This document shows positions 50,086-63,399 of a stretch of 64,000 bases of DNA, one piece after another. The position numbers were made by a program, and so were the translations under genes. The DNA lies in the NCBI GenBank assembly GCA_963575745.1, contig CAUYUJ010000001.1, positions 3,348,001 to 3,412,000 of the forward strand. Direction: 5' to 3'. The notes below the pieces were generated by a model. The model did not search any database. It was not told where the DNA came from and worked only from the letters and a program-made list of their open reading frames with translations. Source of the stretch: Prorocentrum cordatum. Lineage: Eukaryota. Every line of letters starts with the position of its first letter. Within the stretch, counting starts at the first letter, position 1.

Positions 50086-50711
50086 GGTCACCTTTGCGGC
50101 TATTAGAAAACTTTGCCTGGGTAATCGTGTTTCCCGTGTTGTCTGAAGATGGAGTTGCTGTGCCCCGATCCAACCGCCCAGCGTTTCGTGTTCTCCGAGG
50201 AGGAGAAGGCAGAGGATGAGGATGAGGATGAGCACTTGCAGGAGCTCCCCAGTTCCAACTCCAGTTCCAGCTCAGCTCCAACTCGAACCCCAGATCCAGC
50301 TCGAGCCCAGATCCAGCCCCAGCCCTATGAAACATGAGCCCCTGGGAGCTCTTCGTTTCTGTTGAAACCGATGAGCTCTGTATGCCGTTCACATCCATGA
50401 GACACGTGACCATGTGACCCTCATAAACAATACGAACCTCGTGCGCCCCAGAACCTTCGGAGAACCTTCCAGACCCGTGGCGCCCGCCACCTCTCTAAGA
50501 GCTCTGGGACCGCGCCGCCCCAGTCCCCCATTCCCGAATGACGGCAATGGCGGTCGCAGCGCACCTTGCTGGCGCTATGCGACTAACATTGTAACGACGA
50601 AGCGTGGCGAGCCAGTAACATCTTGTATACATGTGTGTATATATATATGTATGTATAAATATATACATATGTATATGTATATGTATATGTATGTTTAAAT
50701 GCCTATATTTA

Positions 50712-51847
50712 ATTACCCCCCCCTAAACCGGACCCCCCCAGGGACGCCCTAGACGCCCTTTCGGACGTTTCGGCGGCCCACAAGACGCCCTTGGAGAAGG
50801 TCAGCTGGTCCTTCCGAGCCTCCCAGGGCGCCTTGCCAGGTCTTGCGAGCAGACTCGAGGCGATCAGAGGGGTCATCGGACAAAGCGCACGAGAGACCCA
50901 AAACAGCACCAAGAGGAACCTCGATGGTCCGAAAACGGCCCGAGGGACCCCCAAGACGCCCCAAGAAGCCGTTTAGAAAGCCCCGAAGAAGCAAGCATCG
51001 TCCCATTCCTTTGCGAAAATGAATATAGTTTCAGCATCTCCATTTTTTGGGGCCTCGCAGCGTCCACGACGGCCCGATGGGCCTGCGATATCGCCCCAAA
51101 ACGACTCAGGAGGTTCCCCAGAGGGCTTGAAGACGGCCCAAAAGGACCCCGAACCACCCCACAGAGCCCCGAGACTGGTCACAAAAAGCCCAAGATGCCC
51201 CCAAAAGGCCCCCAAGAGAGACCCACGAACACCATTGGATGAGACCCCCCAAAAAGCCACTGGAGGCCACCAGGAGGGCCCTAGATGGCTTCAGAAAACC
51301 GCCCTAGCTCCCCAAGACGGCCCAAGAAGGCCCCAGGACGGCCCAAAAGAGCCCCAGGACGGCCCAAGAAGGCGCCAAGACTGCCCAAAAGGGCCCCAGG
51401 ACGGCCCAAACGAGCCCCAAAAGCACCAAGACGGCGTTCTCCGACAAAGTACATCGAGCTGACCCGAAGATCTTGGTTCCACGCTTGAGGCTCGAGGTTT
51501 CAATTCCTCGATCGAGACAGGCAAGCAATGGATCAATATTCGAAGTTCCGGAGCTACTGCGACTCTTCGGCGTGCCATGGGAACGCTCCTTACTTCCTCA
51601 AAGGATGGGCTCAACCACCAGAGGAGGCGCAAGAGGAGGAACTCAGGATGAAGGCATGGGCAGGGATAAACCTCGGATGTGGCAGATGAAGCGCCAAACG
51701 AAACTTTACCCCCTACCTCCTCCTATGAGGTGCCGGTCGCCCGTCCAAGCCTCGAGGTCCCCCTTGCTGAAACAACAACTGATTTATTGCGTTGCCGGGG
51801 AAGCGTCCGGAACAAGGCGCATGGCGCGAACCGAGACTGCAGTCTTG

Positions 51848-51938
<91 letters not shown>

Positions 51939-51973
51939 ATGTATGTATGTATGTATGTATGTATGTATGTATG

Positions 51974-52015
<42 letters not shown>

Positions 52016-52700
52016 TTTCTATGTACGTATGTGTGTATGCATGCATGCATGCATGCATGCATGCATGCATGCATGTATGTACGTTTGTGTGTACATATAT
52101 ATATATACATACATTCCCATTCCTGTATTTGATTACCTGGACCTCCCCCTGAACCAACCCCCCCCCGGGGACGCCACGGACGCCCTTTCGGACGTCTCGG
52201 CGGCCCCCTGGACGACCTTGGAAAGGTCCGGTGGCCCTTCCGGGCCTCCCAGGGCGCCTTGCCGGGAAGTGCGAGTAGACTCGAGGCGATCAGAAGGGTC
52301 ACCGGAGAGGCGCAAGAGAGACCCAAGACAGCACAAGAGCGCTCCAAGAGGAACCTCGATGGTCTGAGGACGGCCCACGAGGCCCCCAAGATGCCCGAAG
52401 AGGCCGTTAAGAGAGCCCCGAAGAAGCAAACACCGTCCCACACCCGCAAAGAAATCTGTATTTTTAACATTGCCGCTTTTTGGTTTTTCGCATCGTCCAA
52501 CACGGCCCGGTGGGCCCCCGCTATCGTCCCAGAACGGCCTCCTAAAAAACCCAGGTAGTTTGAAAACGGCCCACGAGGGACCCAAAACTGGCCCGGAGAG
52601 CCCCGAGACTGCCCACAATAAACCCAAGATGCCCCCAGAAGGCTCCCAAGAGAAACCGGCGAATGCCATGGGCTACTCCCAAGAAGGCCATTGGAGGCCC
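50712..52700 (+). repeat. Two diverged direct copies (~50712-51270 and ~52132-52700) of a dispersed repeat, each preceded by a TATG/TA microsatellite
   Basis: gggacgcc..gacgccctttcggacgt..ctcccagggcgccttgcc..agactcgaggcgatcag is shared by both. Confidence 0.85.
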
Positions 52701-52759
52701 CGGTTTTTGGTGCTCCCGCACTCCACCAATCCCAATATACTCCCTCACTCATTCCGTCT

Positions 52760-53500
52760 GACTGGGAATTCGGCGAAATGGCTAATCTGATTTTGACCCA
52801 TGGAGCTGCTGGGAACAAGAATCGCTGGCGAATGCACGCTGGATGGGCCTTCATTATGGCTTAGCATGCCATCACAATCTTGGGCGACATGCTGCCTGCT
52901 AGCATTTGCAGCAATGTAAGGGGGTAGAATTGTCAATGGGTACTGAAGCGTATGATTACGCATGCTGGCGCACTTGTGCACAATCGTTTGCTGGCTGGCT
53001 GATGCAGCATAACTGGAGGCTGTAACTGCTGACCGCGTGTGGTAATTAATTCACGAACCTGCAAATCCACGATCATCCTTCCCACAGCTCCGACCAGATG
53101 CCCATCGGCCGGAAAAAGTAGGTAGAAACATTCAGCAGGAAGGCGTTGAAAATAGATTGGGCTCCGTCCGCCCCCTGAGGAGGACGGAACAGGTGAAGCC
53201 ACTCGATTCTTGAAGTAGGGAGGCGCTTGAAGTGGAGTGGAATACCTACTTTGAACGACCGCTGGGTAAAGTCCCTCAGCCAGCCAAGCGATGGCTCGCG
53301 TGCTGCAGACCACGAACTTGGTGGGACGTGCAAGCTGGGTGCGGCTCGTTGGGGCGGGTGACAGCTGCTCTGGGGAAGCCTGGCTAATACTCATCACTCT
53401 GCGGTGTCGAGCAACGCTGTGCATGTGCGGCTTACTACAGCTGGCTTACAATTACTTCGATAATATTGGCGGGAGTGAGGCTGCCTCATATCCTTGAAGG
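52760..53500 (-). pseudogene. Decayed LINE APE endonuclease relic
   Basis: VGIPLHFKRL, LLNVSTYF, CVIIRFSTH and GQNQISHF resemble GVGIL / VSAY / IIxGDFNA / QIDY motifs in the expected order. Confidence 0.45.
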
Positions 53501-54499
53501 TGGGCTGGATGGGCTGTCGGCGTACGCTTTCAATGTGCAATCGTGCCATTTGGTGCATGCATCGCAGCAATCCCGCATCCCCAATGCCCCGTCATTCATC
53601 TCTCGATACGGCCGGCGGACTCCCAGGTGTGAGGAGGAGAAGGGGGAGGACGAGGAAGATCATGAGGAGACATATTGTGAGAGAAACTGTAGAGGAGGAC
53701 AGGGAGGGGCGGGGCGGGACAAGTATATTTGTTGTGAGGTCGACCCCTGCGACAGGAATGTGAAAGCGAAAGCAGGGCCGGGCATTTCGCGTCGAGCATG
53801 CACATAAAACGCCGCAGCCGTCTTGTGACAGGTGCGTCGGCTGCGTCGGCAGGCGCATCCCCTGCCAGAATCGCGCTTCAAAAGAGAGGGGACTAGAGGG
53901 GAAAGGACGAAGAGGACGTTCTCGGAGCAGGCGAGGTCGCCTGGCCCATGTGAGCGTACTGGCTGCCCGTCGGCCGGTGCGCCTGCCGGCTCGGGGCTTC
54001 GGTCCCCCTCCCTCTACCTGTTCTGTTCCTCCTCCTCCTTTTCCTCCTCCTCCTCCTGCTCCTCCTCCTCCTCCTCATTACTTGCCGTCGAGCCGCCGCT
54101 GGCGACCTCTTCCTCCTCCTCCTTCTCCCCCTCCACCTCCTGCCTCCTCTCTGCTCCTCTCCTCTCTCCTCCTTTCCTCGCTCCTCTCCCCGTGCTGGTG
54201 ACGCACGGGGCCGCCTCTAAGGGTGCGTGCAGGCACCCGACGAGCACCCTGACCAGGCGGGCTTGGTCGAGGAGGTTGAGGCGACAGAGGCGATCAAGAG
54301 ACTGCATTCACAACTCCCTCTCTTTCTCTCGTTCTCTCTCTCTCTCTCTGTTCAGGCCAGCCTGCCGATTCGAGCGGATCGTCCCTTTCGTTTTTGTTTG
54401 TCTTTCCTTCTCCTCTATCTCTCTCTCTCTATATACACATACCTCCCAAGCACAAGCAGTTTGATTTGCGAATCGACTGGTTCGCCACTTCCCAAACAT

Positions 54500-54910
54500 G
54501 CTTCCAGGTCGGCTGTATGCAGCAAGCAGCGGGACACTCAAAAGGAGACTGGTGTCGGCGAGAGCTGGATTTTGACCTTCTGCAAAGGTTCTCTTGTACC
54601 CTGCCTGGCCTTCGCATTGTGATTCGACTGGATCGCTTTGATACCCTGTCTACCTCCGTCGCTCAGCGATTCGACCGGATCGACAAACTCCCAACATGCC
54701 ATGAATGTCCAGATAACCTTCACCCACCCTTTTCCCTGGGTCTGGGAAATAAGGACCGCTGCTCAGCAAATTCAGTTCAGCCCCGACATGCTGCTTCGAC
54801 CGAGTCAGATCATCAATGTGCAGCCTTGCGACTCGGCAAGATCTCACTGATACCCTGTTTACCCGCGTCGTTCCGCATTTCGACTGGATCGCCAAGCTCC
54901 CACTGCTCCA
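54500..54910 (-). pseudogene. Decayed LINE APE endonuclease relic
   Basis: RVARLHID..LNLLSSGPYFPDPGK, followed after a frameshift by IKAIQSNHNAK (GDxNA-like). Confidence 0.45.
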
Positions 54911-55292
54911 TGGGCTCGCCCCTGCCCAAGGTCAGGTACTAAGGACTGTAAGGGGAAGCTGCCCCGGGGCCCTCTGGGACCGTCTTGGGGGCCCGCTGGA
55001 CAGTCGAGGGCCCCTCTTGAGCCGTCTTGGAGGCCTCTTAGAACTCTCTGTGGCCGTCTTGGGGCGATTTGGTCGGCTCCTGGGGCCGTCTTCGACGCGG
55101 TCGACGCCGAAGCGGCGAATATCATGAAAATGTTCATTTTTCGGCGGGAATGGGTCCATTTGTGCTTCTGGAGGCGCTCTTGGGAGTCTTCTTGGGGGAC
55201 TCTTGGGCCATCGTGGGGGCTCCCAGAAGCTGCCTTGGAGCCATCGTCGGCGTGTTGGAGCGACACTTTGGGGATTCTGGGCCCTCGTGGAC

Positions 55293-56845
55293 GTCCTGGG
55301 TGGGGGGGACGCATGCGAACACAACCACTGGGGCCTTCGGTGGAGCTCCCTATGGGGCCACGAAGCGCTGTCCTGGGTGGGGGAAACGCATGCGAACAGC
55401 CCCACTGGGGCCTTCGGTGGAGCTCCCTATGGGGCCACGAAGCGCTGTCGTGGGTGGGGGAGACGCATGCGACCCCCCCCCCCCCAGTGGGGCCTTCGGT
55501 GGAGCTCCCTATGGGGCCACGAAGCGCTGTCCAGGGCGGGGGAGACGCATGCGAACGCCCCTACTAGGGCCTTCGGTGGAGCTCCCTATGTGGCCACGAA
55601 GCGCTGTCCTGGGTGGGGGAGACGCATGCGAACACCTCCACTGGGGCCTTCGGTTGAACTCCCTATGGGGCCACGAAGCGCTGTCCTGGGTGGGGGAGAC
55701 GCATGCGACCCCCCCCCCCCCAGTGGACCCTTCGGTGGAGCTTCCTATGGGGCCACGAAGCGCTGTCCTGGGTGGGGGTGCGAACGCCCCCACTAGGGCC
55801 TTCGGTGGAGCTCCCTATGGGGCCACGAAGCGCTGTCCTGGGTGGGGGAGACGCATGCAAACACCACCATTGGGGCCTTCGGTGGAGCTCCCTATGGGGC
55901 CACGAAACGTTGTCCTGGGTGAGGGAGACGCATGCGAACACCCCGATTGAGGCCTTCGGTGGAGCTCCCTATGCGGCCACAAAACGCTGTCCTGGGTGGG
56001 GGAGACGCGTGCGACCCCCCCCAGTGGGGCCTTCGGTGGAGCTCCCTATGGGGCCACGAAGCGCTGTCCTGGGCGGGGAAACGCATGCGAACACCCTCTC
56101 TGGGGCCTTCGGTGGAGCTCCCTATGGGGCCACGAAGCGCTGTCCTGGGTGGGGGACACGCATGCGAACACCCCGAGTGAGGCCTTCGGTGGAGCTCCCT
56201 ATGGGGCCACGAAGCGTTGACCTGTGCAGGGGAAACGCATGCAAACACCCCTAGTGGACCCTTCGGTGGAGCTCCCTATGTGGCAACGAAACGCTGTCCT
56301 GGGTAGGGGAGACGCATGCGAACACCCCCTGTGGGGCCTTCGGTGGAGCTCCCTATGTGGCCGCGAAACGATGTCCTGGGTGGGGGAGACACATGCGAGC
56401 CCACCGATTCTGGCATTCGGTGAAGCTTCCTAGGGCAGCGAAATGCTGTCCTGGGTGGGGGAGGCCCATGCGAACACCCCCTGTGGGGCCTTCGGTGGAG
56501 CTCCCTATGGGGCCACGAAGCGCTGTCCTGGGTGGGGGAACCGCATGCGAACACCCCCACTGGGGCCTTCGGTGGAGCTCCCTATGGGGGCACGAAACGA
56601 TGTCCTGGGTGGGGGAAACGCATGCGAACACCCCCACTAGGGCCTTCGGTGGAGCTCCTTATGGGGCCACGAACCGCTGTCGTGGGTGGGGGAGACGCAT
56701 GCGAACACCCCCACTAGGGCCTTCGGTGGAGCTCCTTATGGGGCCACGAAGCTGTGAAATGATGATGATGCTGCTGCTGATGGTGGTGATGACGATGATG
56801 ACGATGACGACCACGACGGCGAGGACGTCACCGAAGACGACGACG

Positions 56846-56896
<51 letters not shown>

Positions 56897-57150
56897 GTGG
56901 TGGTGCTGGTCATGGTCATGGTGATGATGATGATGATGATGATGATGATGGTGATGGTGATGGTGATGATGATGATGATGATGATGCTGATGATGCTGAT
57001 GGTGATGATGATGCTGATGATGATGATGATGACGACGACGGCGGTGATGGAAGGAGGGGGAGGAGGAGGAGGAGGAGGAAGGAAGGAAGGAGGAGAGACG
57101 CGGGGCGCTGTCCCTTCAAAACGAGGACCCAACACCACAGGATGGTTGGG
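55293..57150 (-). mobile_element. Family B element, reverse orientation, 3'-truncated, with a homogeneous ~77-bp array (55293-56752)
   Basis: Head at 57150-57095, a (GAT)n/(GGA)n tract, then tandem GGGGCCTTCGGTGGAGCTCCCTATGGGGCCACGAAGCGCTGTCC units. Confidence 0.7.
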
Positions 57151-57349
57151 AAATATATTAGCTTCGCGTCCACGGGGTGCATCTCATGCTCCTGCGTCAG
57201 TTACGCAAGATTCGCGTCCCCGAGGCCGCAAACCTTTATCAATTGCACGAGTGTTGCGCCCCCGAAGCCACGATCCCTTGTAAACTAAATCACATTCGCG
57301 TCCCCGAAGCCATAAAACTGTTCAAATTACGCCATATTCGCATCGTCGA

Positions 57350-59640
57350 GACCAAGACGGCTCCAAGGCCCCCGAAGATGGGTGCACGACGGCCCAAGAG
57401 GGCCCAAAGATGCCCCAAGAGCGCTCCAGGAGACCTCCCGAGAGAGAGCCTCAAGAGGCCAAAATCGTAGAGTCGACGAAGGTTTCTGAAGGATGTTGGC
57501 CTTCTCGCATGTTCTGCTTTCCGACGCTTCAAGGCGGCTCAAGATGCTCCCCAGACCGCCCCAAGACAGCCCAAGGCGCCTCCAAGATGGCCCCGAGACG
57601 GCCCAAGAGGGCTCCAAGATGGCCCAAGAAGCGCTCAAGACGGCCCAGGAGGGGCCCAAGCAGGGGACCACGAACCGAACATGTGCTTTCTCGCCTCTTC
57701 TTCTTTGCTTCTTTTGACATTTGCTTCTTTTCGGCCTTCCGACGGCCCGAGACTGCCCAAGAGCCCCCAAAGATCGCCCCAAGATCTTTCAAGAGGCCTC
57801 CAAGATGGCCCAACAACGGCCCAAGAGGCCCCCAAGACGGCCCAAGAGGCCTCTAAGACGCCCTAGATGGCCTCCAAGACGGCCCTGGAGCATTCCAAGA
57901 GGGCCGCCCCAAGTCGGCTCAGAGAGGCCCCCCAAACGGTTTCCGACGGCGGCAGACGGGCCAGGAGCCCACCACGACGGCCGAAGATGGCCCTAAGATG
58001 GCCCCTCCAGGAAGGCCCGAAACGGCCAAAATCATTAATGTGTCACGAATTTTTGAAGGGACGGTCCGAGATGGCCCAAGAGCACCCAAAGATCACCCAA
58101 GAGGTCTCCAGTATGGCCCCAGAACGGCCCAAGAGGCCCCCAAGACGGCCCCAAGAGGCCCCCAAGACGGCCCAAGAGGCCTCCAAGACGCCCAAGATGG
58201 CCTCCAAGACGGCCCTGGGGCACCCCAAGAGAGCCACGAGACGACCCGGAGAGGCCCCCAAGACGGCTTCTGACGGCGTCAGACGGGCCAGGAGCCCACC
58301 AAGACTGCCAAAGAGGCCCCGAGAAGCCCCCAAAGGTCCAAGAGGTTCCCAGGAAGCTCCCACGAGGCCCCAACAGTGTCCCCAGATGCTCCCAAGATGC
58401 CCCTCCTCCTCCTCCTCCTCCTTCTTCTCCACCTCCTCCTCCGCCTCCTCCTGATCTTCCCCGCCATCCTCCCCCAAGTGTTCCCCGAAGGGTTTCCACA
58501 AAGGTTGGGGGAACACATGGCCCGATACCTTGGCAGAGCTTTTGCCACAACGCTCGGCCACATGGGCGATTCTAGAAGGCGCGGGGCGGCGGTGATTCGC
58601 CGTAGGCGACTTCGATCCGCCGCCCCCTGTTGATTTATCACAAAGGTGCCTGGCGAACTGAATCCTTTCGCTTTTGGTTTGTTTTTCCAAAAAAGAACTC
58701 CCCATGGGGCTTCGGCCCGTCCCGCCGGCCACCCGGAAGGGTGCACAAAAGGTGGTTGCAAACGGTTTTTCGACATCAGACGGCTCCAAGATGGCCTCCA
58801 AGATGGCCTCCAAGCTCGCCCAAGATGGTCCAAGATGGCCTCGAAGACGGCCCACGAGAGTCAAGGATGCCTCCAAGTTCGCATAAGAAACACCTAATAT
58901 TGCCCAAGACGGCCCCAGAGGCCTACAAGAGGCCTCCAAGACGGCCCACGCGGCCTCCAAGAGGTCCTCCACGAGGGCCCGAAGAGGGCTAAATTATTGG
59001 TTGTCCTTAGCTATTTGAAGGATTCTGGCGTTTGCTAATTTCCAGCCGTCGACGGCCCCCGTCGGCTCAAGAGCGCCGAAAGATCGGCCCCAGAGCGCCC
59101 AAGAAGCCTCCACGATGGCCCTATGACGGCCCACGAGGACTCCAAGACGGTCCCAAGAGGGCCCCAAGACGACCCAAGAGGGCTCCAGGACGCCCAAGAT
59201 GGCTTCCAAGACGGCCCTGGAGCACCCCAAAAGGGCCCCAAGTCGGCCCAGAGAGACCCCCTAGACAGCTTCCGACGGCGTCAGACGGCCCAAGAGTCCC
59301 CCAAGATCGCCCAAGAGGCCTCCAATGTGGCCCCAAAACGGCCCAAGAGGCCCCGAAGACGGCCCCCAAGACTGCCCTTGGGCCCTGGAGCATTATAAGA
59401 GGGCCCGAAATTGGCCCAGAGAGGCCCCCCAAACGGCTTCCGACGGCGTCGGACGGGCCAGGAGCCCACCAAGACGGCCGAAGATTGCCATAAGAAAACC
59501 CAAGTCGGCCCAAGAGGCCTCCAAGAGGGCCTCCAGGAAGGCCCGAAGAGGCCAAAATCACTAATTTCCCAAAAGTGTTTGAAGGATTGTCGCATTTGCT
59601 TTTTCGGCCTTCCGAGAGCCACTACCAATGTACAAAAGGG
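57350..59640 (+). mobile_element. Two family A elements joined head-to-tail at 58616 (outer boundaries approximate)
   Basis: 3' module ...GGGGCGGCGGTGATTCGCCGTAGGCGACTTCGA runs directly into TCCGCCGCCCCCTG, with the same internal satellite on both sides. Confidence 0.65.
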
Positions 59641-59672
59641 GTTCAGGCCCGGGGCTGGGGCCCAGGAACTCC

Positions 59673-59738
<66 letters not shown>

Positions 59739-60049
59739 GTATAGATAAATAAATAAATAAGCTGCGAGCGCAGGGGCGCTTCCCGGCGCTCCCGTTAGGT
59801 CCATCGGTTCATCGGTTCATCCTTGGGGAATGATTTAGGAATCATGCATATTCCGCAGGAGTCTTGTGAAATCCTGCGGAATCGTTTATCGGTTTGCAAG
59901 TTTATCGGTTTACTAGTTTACCGGTTTATCGGTTTACCGGTTTATCAGTTTACCGGTATATTGGCGTGCACTCTCCGAGGAATCCTTGGGGGTCCTCCAG
60001 AGATCCTTCGGAATGCTTCGGCAGAATTTCGGGTTTAGGGTTTAGGGCC

Positions 60050-61432
60050 CCAGACGGCACAAGATGGCGTCCAAGATGGCCCAAGATAGCCGTGGATGGC
60101 TCAAAATCCCTCCGAGCGGTCCAATGACACCCCAAGAAACTAAAATGACGTCAACACCTAAGATACATCTATGCGTGTTGCCTTCTCGCTGTTTCGCTCA
60201 AGATGTGCTCTTGAAGACTCAAGACGGCCCAAGAGAGCCCCAAGAGGGGCCTAAAAAGGCCCCAAGACAGCCCCAAGAGTGCCCGAGAACGCTCTAAGAA
60301 CGGCCCAATCGGGCTTTAATACGTCTCCAAGATGACCCCAACACGGCCCAACAACCACGAAGCCCCCAAGAGGGTTCCAAAACGGCCCAAGAAGACCACC
60401 CCACGATGGCCCAAGACGCACCCGAGACGGCCTCGGAAGACCCTTCGACGGCCCAAGACGGCCCCTAGACACCCCCCGTGCGCCCCACGACGGCCCAAGG
60501 AGGGCCCCGAGACAGCCCCGAGGGATCCCCGAGCACAAGAGGCCAAGACGGCTCCAAGACGGTCCAAATGAGTCCCGTGAAGGCTCCTTAAGATGTGCAG
60601 GCGAAAGGTGTCACATGTGACGGCATTCCTCTTCCTCCCCCTCCTGCTCGTCATCCTTCTCCTGCTCCTCCTCCTCCTCCTCCTCCTCTTCCTTTCCCTC
60701 CTCCTCCTCCTCCTCCTCCTCCTCCGCATCGTCCTCGCCATCATCATCATTACCATAATCATGAACATCATCACCATCACTACCACCAACACCATCCTCA
60801 TCATCGGCATCAACATCATCATCAAACTAACCACCACCATCAGCAGCAACCTATTCTTCGTCATTATCCTCATCATCACCATCATCCGCAGCATCAGCCT
60901 CATCCTCATCACCATCATCGCCACTATCACCATTCTCATCACCGTAGCCAACATCATACTCACAAGCAGCAGCATCATCCTCGTCGTTGTCAGCATCCCC
61001 ATCAGCAATATCATCATCAACATCATATTCGTCATCATCATCAGAATCGCCATCATCTTCATCATTACTATCATCATCATCATCGTCGTCGTCGTGGCCG
61101 TCGACGACATCATCATTATCATCATCGTCAGCACCAGCATCGTCGTCATCATCATGTTCATCATCACAAGCATAGGCCACATCATCATCAACACCACCAT
61201 CATCACCATCAACATCGTCATCATCATCATCACCATCATCATCAACATCAGCATCATCAACATCATCGTTATCATCACCATCATCACCAATCTCATCCCC
61301 CATCTCATCACTCCTCTCCCAAGCCTGGGGACCCGAAATGTCACATGTGACGGCCTCATGCGCCTTCTCGAACAGTCGCCACCCAGAATGCTGGGCTGAC
61401 GCGGTGGCGGAACTTGCAGCAAGCAACTTGGT
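60050..61432 (+). mobile_element. Sibling of the intronic element (GTCACATGTGAC-flanked microsatellite; 5' end not found)
   Basis: GTCACATGTGACGGC at 60610 and 61340. The 3' end CGGTGGCGG-AACT-TGCA-GCA-AGCA-ACTTGGT has the same spacing as 4795-4825. Confidence 0.6.
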
Positions 61433-62844
61433 CGGACTTTTTACACCGATGCTTTCTCTCGCTTTTGGCCTCCGCCGGGGCCCGTCAGCGGGCCCAGGAA
61501 CAACAAAATGAATCTGGAACGAAAAACCGTCCCTATGCAAGGGGTCGGGCCCTCTGGGGCCGCGCATTGGAAAAATTAGATCGTCGAATGTCTGGGAACG
61601 CGTGTTAGCGCCAACGTGTTTGTCCACCGAAGCCATTGAAGCCGGTGCAAGGGCTGACACAGGCTTCGTGCTACATCGGCGCTCCGAAAGTTTATTCCGA
61701 TTTGAGAGGCACGGCGCCGCGCGAATGCAGCGCAAACGCTATGCTGGAAGGGCGCGGAAATGCATGCCCCCTGGACAGGCGAGAGCAGCCGCGCCCCCGT
61801 GCGAACCCCGATCCCGCGCGGGGCGCGTTCCCGTTGACAATGGCTCACCCGGGAAACCGTTTCTTGTGCAGGAAATCCTGCGCGGTCTGCCTGCCCATCG
61901 GCGGCTCCTTCGGGCGAGGCCCAGAACCACCGAAAAACCGTTTTTGATAAGAAATTCTATGCGGTTTGCCCATGTTCGGCTTCTTCGGAGTGGGCCCGAA
62001 GACATCGATAACGATGTTTGCAAGGAGTCCTAGGCGGTTTGCACATTTTCGGGTCGTTCGAATCGGGCCCGATTTTTTTGGGGGCACAATCCATGTGGGA
62101 TTTGGCCACTTTCAGGTGGGCCGGTAAACTTTTCGGGTCGTCGCATGACCGAACCCGAAAGCTTTTTGCGAGGAGGTCCTATGCCGTTTGCTCATTTTCG
62201 GGTCAATACACTGTTTGGGGTTCATAATTTTAATTGGGAAGGTGAGCCCGATCCCGCGACCTCGGGCGGGGGTTCGGCTCTGCCCTTGCATTGTGCTGGG
62301 CCCCTCCGGCCAAGCGGGGTGCTGGGCTGCCCATCGGCGCGCCGACTCTGCCCTCGCGACATCGTCCCCATCCGCCCTCGGGCCCCGCGAGTCTTATCCT
62401 GCGCGCGCCACCCCAGATGGCCGCGGCGAGCACGGTGGCGAAATTGGGGGAACTTTCGGATCGGCGCAGTATCAGTGGGGCTGAACAGGGTGAACAATCA
62501 CTGGACTAAAACACAGTCACACACACGCAAACACACGTCCTGAGCATCATCGGCCTGAAGACAAGCGGCACCTGCGAGACTTCGGGGCTCTGCTCGCTTT
62601 AGCCACAATGGCTTCGTAGGGCGAGAATATCCTTACATACACACCGCCCCGTATGAACCAATCGTGGGGCAAGATGAGCCAAACCAGGATCGGTATGTTG
62701 GCCACTTGACGTCCCCTGCAGCAGCGCCTGCAAGACTTTGGCCGCTTAGAAAGGGACAACAGAACAAATCCACGAATCTGTCCCGGGGCGAGTTCGAGGG
62801 CCCCCGGAGGCCGAAAACGGCCAAAAACCCGCCGCTCCAATTTC

Positions 62845-63042
62845 TAACGCCTAATCCTGATCCTGAACCTAGCCGTAACACCGAATCCTAACACCTAACC
62901 GTAACACCTAATCCCAACACCTACCCCTGACCCTAGCATAACCCTAACCCCTAACCCTACCCTAACCCTGTATCCGATCCCTAACCCTAACCCCTAAACC
63001 GTAACCCCTAGTCCTAACCCTACCCCGAACTCAAACCCTGAC

Positions 63043-63075
<33 letters not shown>

Positions 63076-63305
63076 TCTACCATAACCCTAACCCTTAACC
63101 CCGAATCCTCACCCTAACCCTAGCCCTAAACCCTACACACATCCGACGCGCCACGGCGTCAGAGTGGAGTGCTTAAGAAATGCGTTTGTGGATTTCTTCA
63201 CCTGTGCTAACCCGAACCCCAGCCTCTAACCCCTACCCCTACCCCTTAATCCTGACCCCGAACCAAAACCCGAACCCCTGACCCAAACCCTAACCCCTGA
63301 CCCCG
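62845..63305 (+). repeat. Degenerate interstitial telomere-like repeat (CCCTAA/CCCTAAA)
   Basis: Many ccctaa units plus variants, interrupted at about 63135-63210. Confidence 0.85.
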
Positions 63306-63399
63306 GCCGTACAGTGTTCACTACTCTGTCCGGGGCAGCAGATACCGATCCAGAATAAGCACAGATGGTGAATCGCCTGACTCCCGAATGAACCCGCAG

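Noticed and set aside
55293..56752. CRISPR-like array (35-nt palindromic repeat with ~40-nt spacers), also at 18830 and 24870
   Set aside because: The spacers are homologous to each other, no cas genes are present and the context is eukaryotic. It is a minisatellite.
60316..61735. Poly-Met/Asp/His ORFs
   Set aside because: Degenerate CAT microsatellite inside a repeat element.
62845..63305. True chromosome end
   Set aside because: The repeats are degenerate and have ordinary sequence on both sides.
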